Counted from the whole stretch's first letter, positions 49,250 through 61,110 are shown. The stretch: 63,276 bases of DNA, filler included, from Lenisia limosa (GCA_001655205.1; 20 parts of 20 records of this genome joined end to end with filler, not necessarily neighbours in it); one strand, 5' to 3'. The notes: a model not told the origin generated them from the letters alone. Made by a program: numbers and translations.

Positions 49250-50350
49250 TCCAGAAACCCCATACAGCGGCGTGGGGGTCTTGGACGTTGTGCGTGACCG
49301 ACACGGACAAAGCCGATGGCATGACGGTGGATTCATGGGACTGTGTTTCGTCCTAGGGGAGTAAAAAAAAGGAAACTTATGAAACAAAAAAGAAGCCCAA
49401 ATCAACTCTGTTGGCTAGAAACCCACGAGGGTTGAAAACAACAAAACAAAAAAACGCGCAGCTTCTGAATCACCGCATCTCATCTCCAGTGATGAAGGGG
49501 TAAAAGGAAAATGTGTAGAACAAAAATTCCAAACCAACCATTTGGCTGAACATTGAAGAACACATAATGGTTTTAAAACAACAAAACTACATAAGCCTTG
49601 CCCAGTCGCTCTCATAATGGAACAAAATTAATTGGCTAGGGTGGCGGATAAAACCCAAAGGAAATGCTCAGTAATCAACTTGAAATAAGAGTAGGGCTTC
49701 ACCTCGGTTCGATAAAAGACTGAATTTCTCGATAAATCCTCGAAAACTATCGATATTTTACCGGTCTTTTTCGAACCGAAGTGAAGCCCAAAATAAGAGC
49801 TAATACATACCAAAGAAGTGTGTGCGTCATCTTTCTCCTTGTCCTCCTTGGGGTTGTCGATGAGCTTTCGGGTACATGCTTCGATGGTGGCGGTGGCAGC
49901 TTGGGCCTTGAAGCGCGGCCATGCATGTTGCGATAGGAGCAGCTAATACGATGTCATCCCTCTGTCATCCCCAATGAATGAAATAACAATATATTATCGA
50001 CGTATATCGAAATAAACAATTAAACCGTACTATGTCAACAAAATACTATCATCCCGGGGCAAATTCACCCTCCATGATTGCATGTTATTTTTGAGCTACT
50101 TTTAAGCTATCTAAATGCTCTACATGCAGTGACCGGGGTAAGTCTTGACCGGTTTTCCTTGGGAAATCACAGAGCAAATCGGTCGAGACTGTTCCCAGTC
50201 ACTGTATATATTATCGTGATTCAGCATACACAATAGCCCCAGTTGGACTCGAGGGCATAGGACGCGAGGAGTATTGCCATCATGTGTCCAATGATGTCGC
50301 CTATTGAAGGGTTGTCCAGGCCGGACCAATGCCATTCACTTGGTGGAACT
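49250..50350 (-). CDS. Hypothetical protein fragment
   Basis: Exons EWHWSGLDNPSIGDIIGHMMAILLASY / LLLSQHAWPRFKAQAATATIEACTRKLID / DETQSHESTVMPSALSV with GT-AG boundaries. Confidence 0.45.
49353..49612 (-). mobile_element. IE-1 tandem: degenerate distal copy plus conserved acceptor-proximal copy
   Basis: gcgactgggcaaggc..cagccaaatggttggtttgg..ttttacccc, then ctggagatgagatgcggtgattcagaag..gccaacagagttgatttgggc..ttactcccctAG. Confidence 0.85.
49692..49790. mobile_element. MITE-A, near consensus
   Basis: TAgggcttcacctcggttcgataaaagactgaatttctcgataaatcctcgaaaactatcgatattttaccggtctttttcgaaccgaagtgaagccc. Confidence 0.92.
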
Positions 50351-51169
50351 NNNNNNNNNNNNNNNNNNNNNNNNNNNNNNNNNNNNNNNNNNNNTTAATT
50401 AATTAANNNNNNNNNNNNNNNNNNNNNNNNNNNNNNNNNNNNNNNNNNNNAGTTGTTAATGAGCCATGAAGCGTGCGTTTTCTTCAACAGTTAAAACATG
50501 GTCTCATCGTTTTGACTAAACGAAAAGCAGTCGCACATACAGTATGATATGGGATATTGTACATAGTATATCGATATATCATATATCGATATATATATAC
50601 TATATGCATATATCATATATTGGAACAGAAGAATAAGAGCGAAGGGCTCGAGAATCCAAAGCCGCTTACCTCAACACATGGTGTGAAAGGTTGCCCCGTG
50701 TAACTCCCCGAAAAGACAGTGGACTGTCCTCCAGGAATCAACTGCATAGGTCATATTATCTCATGACGTATCATAGAGTTATGTTGTTTTTGAAGAAGTT
50801 ATATTATTAAGACATATCAATTTTTTAAAAATTTCAATCAATGCTATATCTAAGCATCTCATATTTGGTATTCTTTATCCCGGACTAAAACCATACCCCC
50901 CGCTGCCTAAGTGAAATATATCCAACATCATTGATAAGCAGGCTCGTATGGACAGTCAACGCCAAATACTCACATTAGTTTATCATATCACTTTCTGGAT
51001 CATTTTACATGCGTGGACTATCATTTTCCACGCAGTCATATGATCATATCACGAATGGATATGGGTTAACATCACCCCCCCCCCACCTCACCCCCCATGG
51101 GGCTGGNNNNNNNNNNNNNNNNNNNNNNNNNNNNNNNNNNNNNNNNNNNNNNNNNNNNNNNNNNNNNNN

Positions 51170-51580
51170 CTCAATTCTCGGGTACCAATGCCACCCGATT
51201 GTCTCTGTCTCACTGTACGTACTCTAAGGGGGGATATAAAGAGGAAGTTACAAGGAGGAAGTTATTAATGGGAGCGAGGGAGGGAGGGGGGTCTGTACGG
51301 CGGCTGTGGGGAAGATTGTTAAAAATATGTTCTTGTTCTTGTGTTTTTGTCAACTGGTTTTTGTCTAGTTTTAGCGTTGGTTGTTCGTGTTGGTTATTGC
51401 TTGTTTTTGATACTGTTTTGAGTTTGAGATCATTCGGTTGGTGATTAGTACCTTTACACTAATATTCTTCATATAAATTTCCTTAGTTTTACACCCCCCC
51501 CCCTCCCACAGCAGAGAAACTATCGTCATGCCACCCAATGGTGTAGTCCATAATGGGGTGGCCGTCTTCAACCTGAAAGG
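51170..51580 (+). CDS. Hypothetical protein fragment (two exons)
   Basis: FSGTNATRLSLSHCT joins in phase to RETIVMPPNGVVHNGVAVFNLKG across an intron ending in IE-2. Confidence 0.35.
51442..51511 (+). mobile_element. IE-2 intron-end cassette (other copies 28485-28536, 45233-45273, 47625-47684 inverted, 59738-59762 minus)
   Basis: gattagtacctttac..attcttcatcgaaatttccttcgttttactccccc(c)AG is shared by five unrelated introns. Confidence 0.75.
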
Positions 51581-51904
51581 TGAAGCGCGGTGTAGTACCC
51601 CTATATAATAGGTATGATAATATTTGTATTATATCTCATCAAAAAAAGTAATATTATCCTATTANNNNNNNNNNNNNNNNNNNNNNNNNNNNNNNNNNNN
51701 NNNNNNNNTTAATTAATTAANNNNNNNNNNNNNNNNNNNNNNNNNNNNNNNNNNNNNNNNNNNNATCCTCGAAAACTATCGATATTTTACTGGTCTTTTT
51801 CGAACCGAAGTGAAGCCCTAAGTAAGATGGATTAAGGTAATGAAAGAAGATTCAATAAGAGGGAGTGAGGGTGGGGAACAGAAGAAGCAACATCATCTTT
51901 GACA

Positions 51905-52750
51905 TCCCTCCCCACAGTAGACGAGCCCCTGGAAAACGGCTTTGACGTCCTTGTCACTTGCCGACTCGCAGTAAAGGAGAAAGAGGGGAGACAATTGGAT
52001 CAAGTCAAGGATCTAAAGTAAGTAAAAAGTATGACCTAAATGCTTCTGAGAATACAAATATACAAGTTTGAGTTGTACCAGGGCTCCGTGAAGTTAATCT
52101 TGTTTTGGAAATTAATTGACAACATTAGAAATTAAAGTGTCTGGGATAGGGTTTTCGTTACAATATGTCCGACTTCAAATTTTGAAATTAATTTTTCAAT
52201 AAATTGCACGGAGCCTGTATCAAGCTTTCAAAACAGTCAATAATTTGTTTTGGGATGTAGCTCAAAAAGATCAAATATACCTCGCAACTATCGCCAATAT
52301 TACAAAAAGATGCTCCTGATACACTCTTAGTTGGATGAAGTAGTTAGTATATGTATAGTAGATTAAGTGAATCACGCCAATGACCTCAGCCCCCTACATC
52401 ATGGACAACTTGGTTCTCCATCACTCTCCTGTCAAGGGCGGCCTTTTGCTTCTTGTCCGTTGCTGGGGTTGAAACGTCACGCTCACGGTGAAGGTAGTCC
52501 TGGGGTATCAGAAGGAAGGTAGTCCTGTTGAGATTAAGCAGGGGGGTAGAAATGTTGCGTTCATGGTGTAGGCAATCCTGTGATTTGTGGAAAGAGTCCT
52601 CAGATGGAGACCATCCCCCAACCAGGAAAAGAGACCTGAGATTGAGACTGAGGTCGGGAATGAGATTGTCGATTGGAGCATGCCAAGGCAGGGTTGGAAC
52701 AGTGCCTCGGAGGATCATAAGAAGAGCCTATATGGGTGAAAGGACGATTA
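51905..52750 (-). CDS. Hypothetical protein fragment
   Basis: Open segments ALLMILRGTVPTLPWHAPIDNLIPDL, DYLHRERDVSTPATDKKQKAALDRR, SASDKDVKAVFQGLVY. Confidence 0.35.
52079..52217. mobile_element. Putative MITE-C (single copy)
   Basis: cagggctccgtg .. cacggagcctg|TA short TIRs around an AT-rich core. Confidence 0.45.
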
Positions 52751-53205
52751 GGGTGCTCATCCAAATTATGGTATACATCCCCCTGGTAAACCCCTATGTA
52801 ACCTTCGTGTGCACAATTTGACCCCCCTAGTCATGTATACCTTTTCATACATTAAAAATACTAACAAAATCAATATCCTTATAATTTGGTTTTGATGACC
52901 ACCCTGAGGGACGGCCTAGGACTNNNNNNNNNNNNNNNNNNNNNNNNNNNNNNNNNNNNNNNNNNNNTTAATTAATTAANNNNNNNNNNNNNNNNNNNNN
53001 NNNNNNNNNNNNNNNNNNNNNNNCCATTGTTCTCTTCTCCCATTCTCATAATTTCAAACCCTTATCAATGTGGTTATCGGGTCAATTCGACAGAAGTCAT
53101 CCCATCACACCAAAAACAATATTCATCATCATACCCACCTCGCCAGTTAAGTAGTGTTGTTCTATTTACCCCCACCATCTCATTTTTGTACTGATTATTC
53201 AATAG

Positions 53206-53536
53206 GATGTCGCGTCATTGGCACCGAAACGAGACACACAGGACCTGAAAAGAGACCTTGCACCCAAGCTCAAGAAGCTCGATTTCTTGACACATAAGGC
53301 CATTATTGAGCTTGCCAGTATGCCGCGGTGTTATCATATATTGGTTCGTTTCTCCTGACTAGTCGAGATTACTATCTGTCTATCAATACTTTACCAATGT
53401 ATGCTAAACTCATTGGTGCCTTATTTCTATAGAGCAATCCAAGAAGGCTGCGGAGGCTGAAAGCTCAGAAGAGGAGTCTGAAAGCGGTTCCGATTCTGGC
53501 TCGGAGGAAAGTGGCTCCAGTTCAGATGACGAATAG
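53206..53536 (+). CDS. CCDC12: CCDC12/Cwf18 splicing factor, 3' exons
   Basis: LAPKRDTQDLKRDLAPKLKKLDFLTHKAIIELA matches the Cwf18 motif LAP.K..WDLKRD...KL.KL...T..AI.EL. Acidic Ser/Glu tail to TAG. Confidence 0.85.
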
Positions 53537-53919
53537 GGTGGTGTTTTGTGTTTTATTTGTACAACAAGAGGTAGCTGATTTCAATATATTTCTGAGGAAA
53601 GACATCGTCCAAATTTCTTTTGAATGTTTTATCTTTAGGCAAAGTTCACTTCAAGTTTCGTGTTGGATATTTATTGAAAGTCATTTATGGGAATTTTTGG
53701 GAAGGAAAAAGCGTAAGCATGTCTCTACTCTTGCTCATCTACACAAACACAGCCTTACGACATGTTATACCAATGGTTACACGCAATCGTATTAAATTTG
53801 GAACAAGAATAGCATACAAACTTAATTTTAGATATTATAAGCGTGTTGTAACTCCTTTAAATAAAATTTTCACACGAAAATCAGATTACATTAGCCACCT
53901 ATTGTACAAAATCACCTCT

Positions 53920-55418
53920 CTACCAGTCGTCGTCATCATCGGCAATCTGCATGCCTCGAGAAGCCGCTTTCATTGCTTTGTCTGATTGGAAATATTCACC
54001 AAACTGAAAAGTCAGAAGAATACAACAAAGAAGTCATGTAAAACAAAAGAGTCAAAAAGAGCTGAAAATGTTCGAAGTTGGGGTTAAGCTGAAAGCATAG
54101 ACACTATTCATCAGCGATTCAGCAACGCGGCCAAATAACGCAACCCCTCATCAAACCTTATGCTTTTGTTTAATACGGTGATCACGGATCAGGTTTTGCT
54201 CTTGTCCAGCCTCAGCCTCGACCTCGACGCGCCATTCTCCCTTGTCTACACCAGTAAGAACTATCCTTCACTTCGGTCCACAAAATGATATTAACCAGAA
54301 TATTTTTGTTGTTCTTATTGGGCCCGTCGTAGGATAAGTGATACCGTTATGAAAAGGTTAAAGTATACCATCCAAACCAATTTGGTCCGTTCAAATATAT
54401 ATGTATTTGTATGACAGCTAAGTTAGTGACATGTATATGCCTGTTTGTAATAACTTAAGGTCATTTCTTCCTCAAAAAAAAACTCCTTCTATATAGTATA
54501 TCTATTTAATAAACTCCCTTCAAAAGCAAGATCCAAACAAGCCCAAGCCCCCTCCCAAAATATTCCAGAGAAGCCCCCTCCACCTTCAGGGGTAACAGCC
54601 TCAATGACAAAGTGGTTGTCGCAGTGTGGACAGAACTCATCGGCCTCGTCAAATTCCCTGAAGAATAAAGGGGATGTATCACTCAGCAATTTAGCAACAC
54701 ACACTTTAAGATCTTTTGTTAAAGGGATGAGTGGGACAAGCAACATCGCTATTACACAAATATTCATATAATATCGGGGTGTTGGTAGTACTGATCCCTA
54801 TGGTACTTCTTCTGAAATAATGTCAAGCAAATCGCTTTCAAAAGCTAGAAACCATTCTTAGAGTACTGGTATACAACGATTGAAAACGCAAAACAAAAAT
54901 TCCCCTCTCCCATAATAACAAGGAAACAGGGTAAGCAAAAGAGTTAATGAGGGAGGAGGGGGGGTAAATATCCTGAACACAATAAACCTTGCAGATGTCC
55001 AATAATTCATACCTTCAGCAGGAAACAGAACCTCCACCCCTCACAGGCACAGTAAGGAAACCTTCTCACCTCATATCTTTCCTGAAAACCTTCTTGCACT
55101 TTTTGCAGGCAAACACCATATCCCACGTCTTCTCAAGCTCTATTAGATAAGAAGAGGAAAATATCTCAAAGAAGTATGGATAATTTCTTTGAAACATATG
55201 CTGTGATATAATTCTCTTCAAGATAATTAGACATATTTAAAAACAAACAAAATTTCAAAGTTTTATCAAAGCACAAACCATGTTCTCTCTTTTCGTTATG
55301 GCATTGGGGACAGTCAAACCATGAGTTACAGCACGGTGCTCTGATTGCAACCTATGCCTGTTAAATGGCCCTTGTGATGTAAGAAGCAAACCTGGGCGTT
55401 GAGAATATGCTTGCACAT
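53920..55418 (-). CDS. CHY zinc-finger protein (complete)
   Basis: MCKHILNAQ / VAIRAPCCNSWFDCPQCH / DMVFACKKCKKVFR / EFDEADEFCPHCDNHFVIEAVTP / ..IADDDDDW-TAG. Confidence 0.88.
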
Positions 55419-55589
55419 AACGAAGAGCAACAACTACGGGATCTTTCAGAGGATCTGTCTTATATATGGATCACAGGAATAAAAAAAATACGATAGACGC
55501 CTTTGATTTCTGATAAGGGGCTCAGAAAAAACAATCTCAAGTTTTTTAAAAACATTTAACTGATGTAACTAATGCGATTATAAAACACA

Positions 55590-55603
55590 TTTTGGCGCGA
55601 AAA
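55590..55603. promoter_or_regulatory. E2F-like site TTTTGGCGCGAAAA in a 206-nt divergent intergenic region
   Basis: Matches TTTSSCGC with symmetric T4/A4 flanks, between head-to-head CHY and UGCG start codons. Function inferred only. Confidence 0.3.
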
Positions 55604-55624
55604 AAAAGGCACCAAACATTCACT

Positions 55625-57052
55625 ATGTTCCTCCTTACTATTGAAGAATGGTTGGACGAAGTTGCTCCCAACTTCCACCACTACAGTCAGTATATAATTT
55701 TCCTTGTTCCTGTTGTTCTCCACTTCCTTTCGTTTATTGTCACCGTTGGATCACCAATTGGGGCTCTCTACTTCTTTAGAAGAAAGGTCTCCGACCTTAA
55801 CAAACGCCCAGCCCCTCCTGTGACTATTATCAAGCCTCTTTGTGGTAGGACACAAGAATTGGCTAGAAATTGAGAGGCTAATTCACTCTAGGAACTGACC
55901 AGAACCTTGAAGAAAATCTCCGCTCGCATATCCACCAGGATTACCCCAATTATGAGGTTCTCTTCTCCGTTGAGACCAAGGAGGATGCTGCCTATCCTGT
56001 TGCTATGAAGATCGTCGGTATGTTGCTTTGTTGTGCATCATTGTTGTGCTGTTCATCTCTTCTTTTCGTCCGCTACACCGAATTCTGTTTGTTGACCTTA
56101 ACTTGAAATTAGAGGAGGCCAAGGAGCTGAGCAACGTCAATGCCCGTGTCGTTACCAACTTCATCAAAGCTGGGATCAACCCTAAGGTTGGTGCTTCTGT
56201 TTCCCTCATTGATTTTGGAACGAACTCTTCTAATAATATAATAGCCATTGAATGACATATTGATGTCCTATTATGTTTTTTATTTTATTTTGAGGTTATA
56301 TGTTCATTCTTGATGTATACTATTGAGATTTCTATCAACGAATCTGGGGCAAAGTCACGATTGTGAGCGAAGCCAAACATGGCCATCACTTCACGTCCCC
56401 CAGGTCAACAACATGATTGCTCCCTATGAAGAGAGCAGCAATGAGTGGGTGTACCTCACCGACTCAAACGTCATTGCCCCTCCTCAGCTCCTTCGGTTGG
56501 CATTAACCCCCTTCCCCTGTTTAACTTGGTTTTACGTGCAGAGGGATTAAAAAAAATTTACCCCCATACATATTACCTTGCCTTTGGAGATTTTGTTACT
56601 CCTTTGTCAAAATACATATATTTTTGTTTTTGATCATGTGATATCATTTGGCTTATTTGAAGGTATATAGTATATACCAAAATCTTCAATCCCCCTTCCC
56701 CCTGTATACAAAAAATAATATTGATCCGCAAGATTGCCAAACAGAGTTTATTTTGGACTTTTTTTGTTTCATATTCGTTCTAATTCCCCCCCCCCCGCAG
56801 TGACGTCATGTACCCGGTCCGTCATAACAGTGGAGCTGTATCATCTGTTGTCTGTGGCCGCTACCCCAAGTCCTTCGGCGCTATGCTCGAGGTTGGAGGT
56901 GGTCTGGTTGAGTCATCATGGTAATGTGGTACCTGTATACAAAAATATTGAAAGGATGTTTAACTTTATTTCCTTGTTTTGTATTTTTCTCATATTTTAG
57001 TGCATTTACCTTAACTCTTACTGTGCGCGTGCCTTCTGCCTCCTCCAATGCG
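55625..57052 (+). CDS. UGCG: Ceramide glucosyltransferase (GT21), 3' partial
   Basis: N-terminal TM, then PVTIIKPLCGTDQNLEENL..QDYPNYEVLFSVETKEDAAY, GINPKVNNM..YE..WVYLTDSN. Confidence 0.9.
56735..56800 (+). mobile_element. IE-1 3' part at a UGCG acceptor
   Basis: gccaaacagagtttattttggactttttttgtttcata..aattcccccccccccgcAG. Confidence 0.7.
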
Positions 57053-57159
57053 TAAGTTGNNNNNNNNNNNNNNNNNNNNNNNNNNNNNNNNNNNNNNNNN
57101 NNNTTAATTAATTAANNNNNNNNNNNNNNNNNNNNNNNNNNNNNNNNNNNNNNNNNNNN

Positions 57160-58257
57160 ATAAAGGTGGGTTTGCCAGGTACAGGAAGGTAAAGATTAGG
57201 AGCTTCCAAAGGAGCAAAACAGTTTGTATAGTAACCTTGGGGTAACCCTCATTTTCACTTGGACGATAAAGAGCACCATTTCGAAACTTATCAATCTGAA
57301 TCAATTTGGGATCAAACCCATCAGGAGTGTAACCACAGTCTCTTTGAGAATAAGTAATCACATCTGAGGTTGGGTTCTTCAAAGATTTAGCCAATATCAT
57401 CGCCATTTCAGATTCTGACATTGCTCTACATTATGGTAACCCAGAAAAACCTTCTTGAATTGATTGAAAGATATTTATCAAGTTCATTCCGTTGTTTTTC
57501 ATTCACTTTTGAGTGATAAATACTATCAGCAACCTAGATTCGTAAAAGAGCAGCTTAACAAACTTGTAAGAAATGCGATGTGAAAGGGGGCTCAATTCCA
57601 AATAATGCTCCACTTCTTGCAAAGGCTGAACAAAGAACCTGGTGTTTAGAATATTAATTGCTTACCTCTGGAGTAACATGAGGGCGAGCGCCATCACCGA
57701 GAAAGAAAATTGGGTTGCTTGGAGATGCACCATAAGATATCGCAATTAAATCAACTGACATCAAAAGGACTCCGTAGTAAAGTAGCCACTTTTGTTGACG
57801 CCAAGCACCATCATACCTCGGTCTTTGGCAGCTTTGATTGCATCAGGGCTTGCTTGCCACATGTCAGGTGGGTGAAAAGTCGATGAGTTGACAGTTTTTA
57901 TCATGTTCTTCAATATGTCTTCATTCCAAAAGACGCTGGAATTGGCTGCTGAGTAAATAGAACAGGTTCACGTTTCTGGGCTTTTTCATAGAAGTCATCA
58001 CCTCCAAGAATTATGGGCGATTTTACAATATGGCCACTTAAAGTAGACATCGAAATTGCAGAGCCGATTGATCTATTTTTCACTCCCTCCCACTTACTAA
58101 ACATAAAAGCAATCTCATCAAACATGATGAACCTATCAGGATCCACCTCAATTGCAGGTACAATATCATTGAGCTTATTCACAATATCAACGAAATAGGT
58201 GTTAGCAGAATTTGTGTCCATTTGTTTTTCAATCAACTAAAATGGTTGTAAAAGTTT
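57160..58257 (-). pseudogene. pogo-like DDD transposase catalytic region with two tiny introns, degenerate
   Basis: RFIMFDEIAF .. NKSGYFTTESF .. FFLGDGARPHVTPE / VLCSAF..PPFTSHFLQ / VADSIY. Motifs correspond to pogo DDE_1 (N.DETG, LD...H, PP.T.H.LQP.D). Contains a frameshift and stops. Confidence 0.75.
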
Positions 58258-58409
58258 NNNNNNNNNNNNNNNNNNNNNNNNNNNNNNNNNNNNNNNNNNN
58301 NTTAATTAATTAANNNNNNNNNNNNNNNNNNNNNNNNNNNNNNNNNNNNNNNNNNNNTTACTTCGGGGGGGGTGATTATACAACACTCTAATATACCCAC
58401 AACAAAATC

Positions 58410-59075
58410 ATACCTTGGATGTAGACAGCTCAATCATCGAATCATCCATGTTGAAAACAAGGTTATTGTTGATGGGGTGGTCATCATCAGCAAGGAGGTG
58501 AGACAGAGCGGCGAAGCACTGCTGGATCTTCTCCTCGGTGGTAGCGTCATGATGGTTGTCGTCAACAATGTTGGGGGTCTACAAGATCAGACAAAACCCA
58601 AAAAAACTCACATCAACATAAGAAAAAACAATATTATATTGAGTGGTTGGTAAAACTGGTGGACAACGATATGATGTGAGAACAAAAACATCACCAGCAT
58701 ACAGTAATCTTAAGGAAGTCATCATAAGTCTTGAGCCAGTGGTTGATAACCTCATTTGTCGCGGAGTAGTGGAGAGATGCTGCCTGATTGTATAAAGGAG
58801 AAATAGAAAAGAAACAAAGAAAAATTCAAAAGTCTACTTACCATCAATCTTATCTCCTTCTTCGTGGGGAAAAGTCCGTCCTGGATGTCCGAGAAGAGCC
58901 AGGAGAGAAGAGAACCCTCAACATCGGGGCACAGTTTGGTGTTCTTCTTCATTGAAACCTTATTTTCCTTAATTGACTTGTAAGCATCTGCATATGAAGA
59001 CTTGGAGACACCAAGGAGCTCAGCAATTCCCCTAACGGAAAACTTCATCTTCTCCTTCTCAAGGATTTCGTGGAG
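58410..59075 (-). mobile_element. pogo/Tigger-like transposase N-terminal half (HTH + CENP-B-type HTH + first Asp), spliced
   Basis: FSVRGIAELLGVSKSS, LCPDVEGSLLSWLFSDIQDGLFPTKKEIRLM / AASL..NHWLKTYDDFLKIT / ..EEKIQQCFAAL..LVFNMDDSMIE. The three exons join in phase 0 without stops. Confidence 0.75.
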
Positions 59076-59639
59076 GGAGATGATTTTTCATGGAGATACA
59101 GACCAAGCACACCAGGAACCTTCCTGAAGGGCGCTTAGCTGTCTTCAACTTTTCTTTAATAAATTCCTTCTCCTTCTTCTGTAACACCATAGTTCTTATA
59201 AATGTATAAGACTACTCAAACAGATTTAGGTTATTTTTTTCAAAAAAGGAAGCAAAAGGAGCACATGGCTAATGTTCGAATTTTGACTGGATTTTTCAGT
59301 CATTTTTTTGTTCAATAAGTGATGGTGTTGAGGTCTATTTCCTTTCTTGCCTGACCAAACCTGACCAAAGCATGTAACACACTATCAACTCATAATTTAT
59401 TTTATCAAAATGTNNNNNNNNNNNNNNNNNNNNNNNNNNNNNNNNNNNNNNNNNNNNTTAATTAATTAANNNNNNNNNNNNNNNNNNNNNNNNNNNNNNN
59501 NNNNNNNNNNNNNTACTATATACAATGACCGCGACAAGTATTGACCGATTTTACTTAGGAAATATCACATAGCAAAACGGTCGACTTATCCGGTCACTGG
59601 AAGATGGCTGTGATCCCACTGATATTAATTCCCCCTCCT

Positions 59640-61110
59640 CCCCTCACAAATCGCAGCATATGGAGGCGGCTACAATGACAAAGGCGAAGAGGAAGAAAAG
59701 GAAGCCCATTGCCATGCTGCCGTCTTCAAAATGCTTCCTAGAGGAGGGAGTAAAACGAAGGAANNNNNNNNNNNNNNNNNNNNNNNNNNNNNNNNNNNNN
59801 NNNNNNNNNNNNNNNNNNNNNNNNNNNNNNNNNNNNNNNNNNNNNNNNNNNNNNNNNNNNNNNNNNNNNNNNNNNNNNNNNNNNNNNNNNNNNNNNNNNN
59901 NNNNNNNNNNNNNNNNNNNNNNNNNNNNNNNNNNNNNNNNNNNNNNNNNNNNNNNNNNNNNTAAACAACAGATGGAGTCCCAGAGACGCTGCCATGAAGG
60001 CCGTGACAGTGAATAAAACTGGTCTGTCTAAGTACCATCCCAGCGGCCTTCTGACATCGCCTATGAAGTTATTGGGAAAAGGAGGAGACATTGCAATATG
60101 ATTACTGTCTGATGGTATACTACTTACTATGTGGAAGGGAATAAAACAAAAACGGAAGAAGTTCGTGCTTTTACGCTTTTTGAAGTATTGGAATAGTAAC
60201 ACAAAATTCATTCACTTGCCCGACAATAATGCACAACAAATGTAACACTAACAACATTAGTAGCACCCCCCCCCCCACTTCCTGGTGTGTTCTGTTTGAT
60301 CTGATCGCGGCCAATGTGCGAGATATACGCCAAAAGTGGCGCTGCCGCCATGAACAGGCCGAATTTACCGACGGATGTACAGAAACTAGCCCACATAGGG
60401 AGACGGTTCATGGCTAATACTCCTGTGGGGGGAGTAAAATTGGAAATTTATGAAACAAAAAAAAAGCCCAAATGAAAGGATAACTGGGGCTTCACTTCGG
60501 TTCGAAAGTTTTCGAGGTTTTATCGAGAAATTCCGTCTTTTTGAACCGAAGTGAAGCCCTAATAGCAACAGGCCCAGTATCAACACTCAATAAAATGGAA
60601 ATTATCGTCTTTTTTTAGTTGTTTAAAGGAAGGTTATATATTTAACCAAGGCAGTATTTGCATCAACACTGCCCACCAATAGCCATGTGGTCGACATTGA
60701 GGTTGAGGTCGATTACGATGCCGCAAATGATGACGGCCAGGAACACCTAAAAACATAAGGAAGGTATTCCTAAAAGGACATTAGAAAGGAAAAGGAGAAG
60801 GACAAAAGAAATGTGGTGATAAGGACAAGGAAAGGAATGTAATACATAAGGCTTCACTCCAGTCAGAAAAAGACAGGTAAAACATCGATAGTTTTCGAGG
60901 ATTTATCGACAAATTTGCTCTTTTTGTGAAGCGAAGTAAAGCCCTTGTGATAAGGAAAGAATAACAGTTTTATTGAATGATGTAACGGTGACAGATCAAT
61001 GATAAGATATAAGCAATGAAAACGATAAAACAATCATAGCCCCACAGTGTGAGTCAGGAAAAGGCCAAACACCACGTCATATGCAGTTCCGACTCGGAAG
61101 AGAGAAAATG
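59640..61110 (-). CDS. Multi-pass membrane protein fragment
   Basis: Hydrophobic exons VGTAYDVVFGLFLTHT / VFLAVIICGIVIDL / GVLAMNRLPMWASF..AAPLLAY / RPVLFTVTAFMAASLGLHLLF / MGFLFFLFAFVIVAASI. Confidence 0.5.
60423..60478 (-). mobile_element. IE-1 3' part at acceptor
   Basis: tttgggcttttttttttgtttcataaattttccaattttactccccccacAG. Confidence 0.8.
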
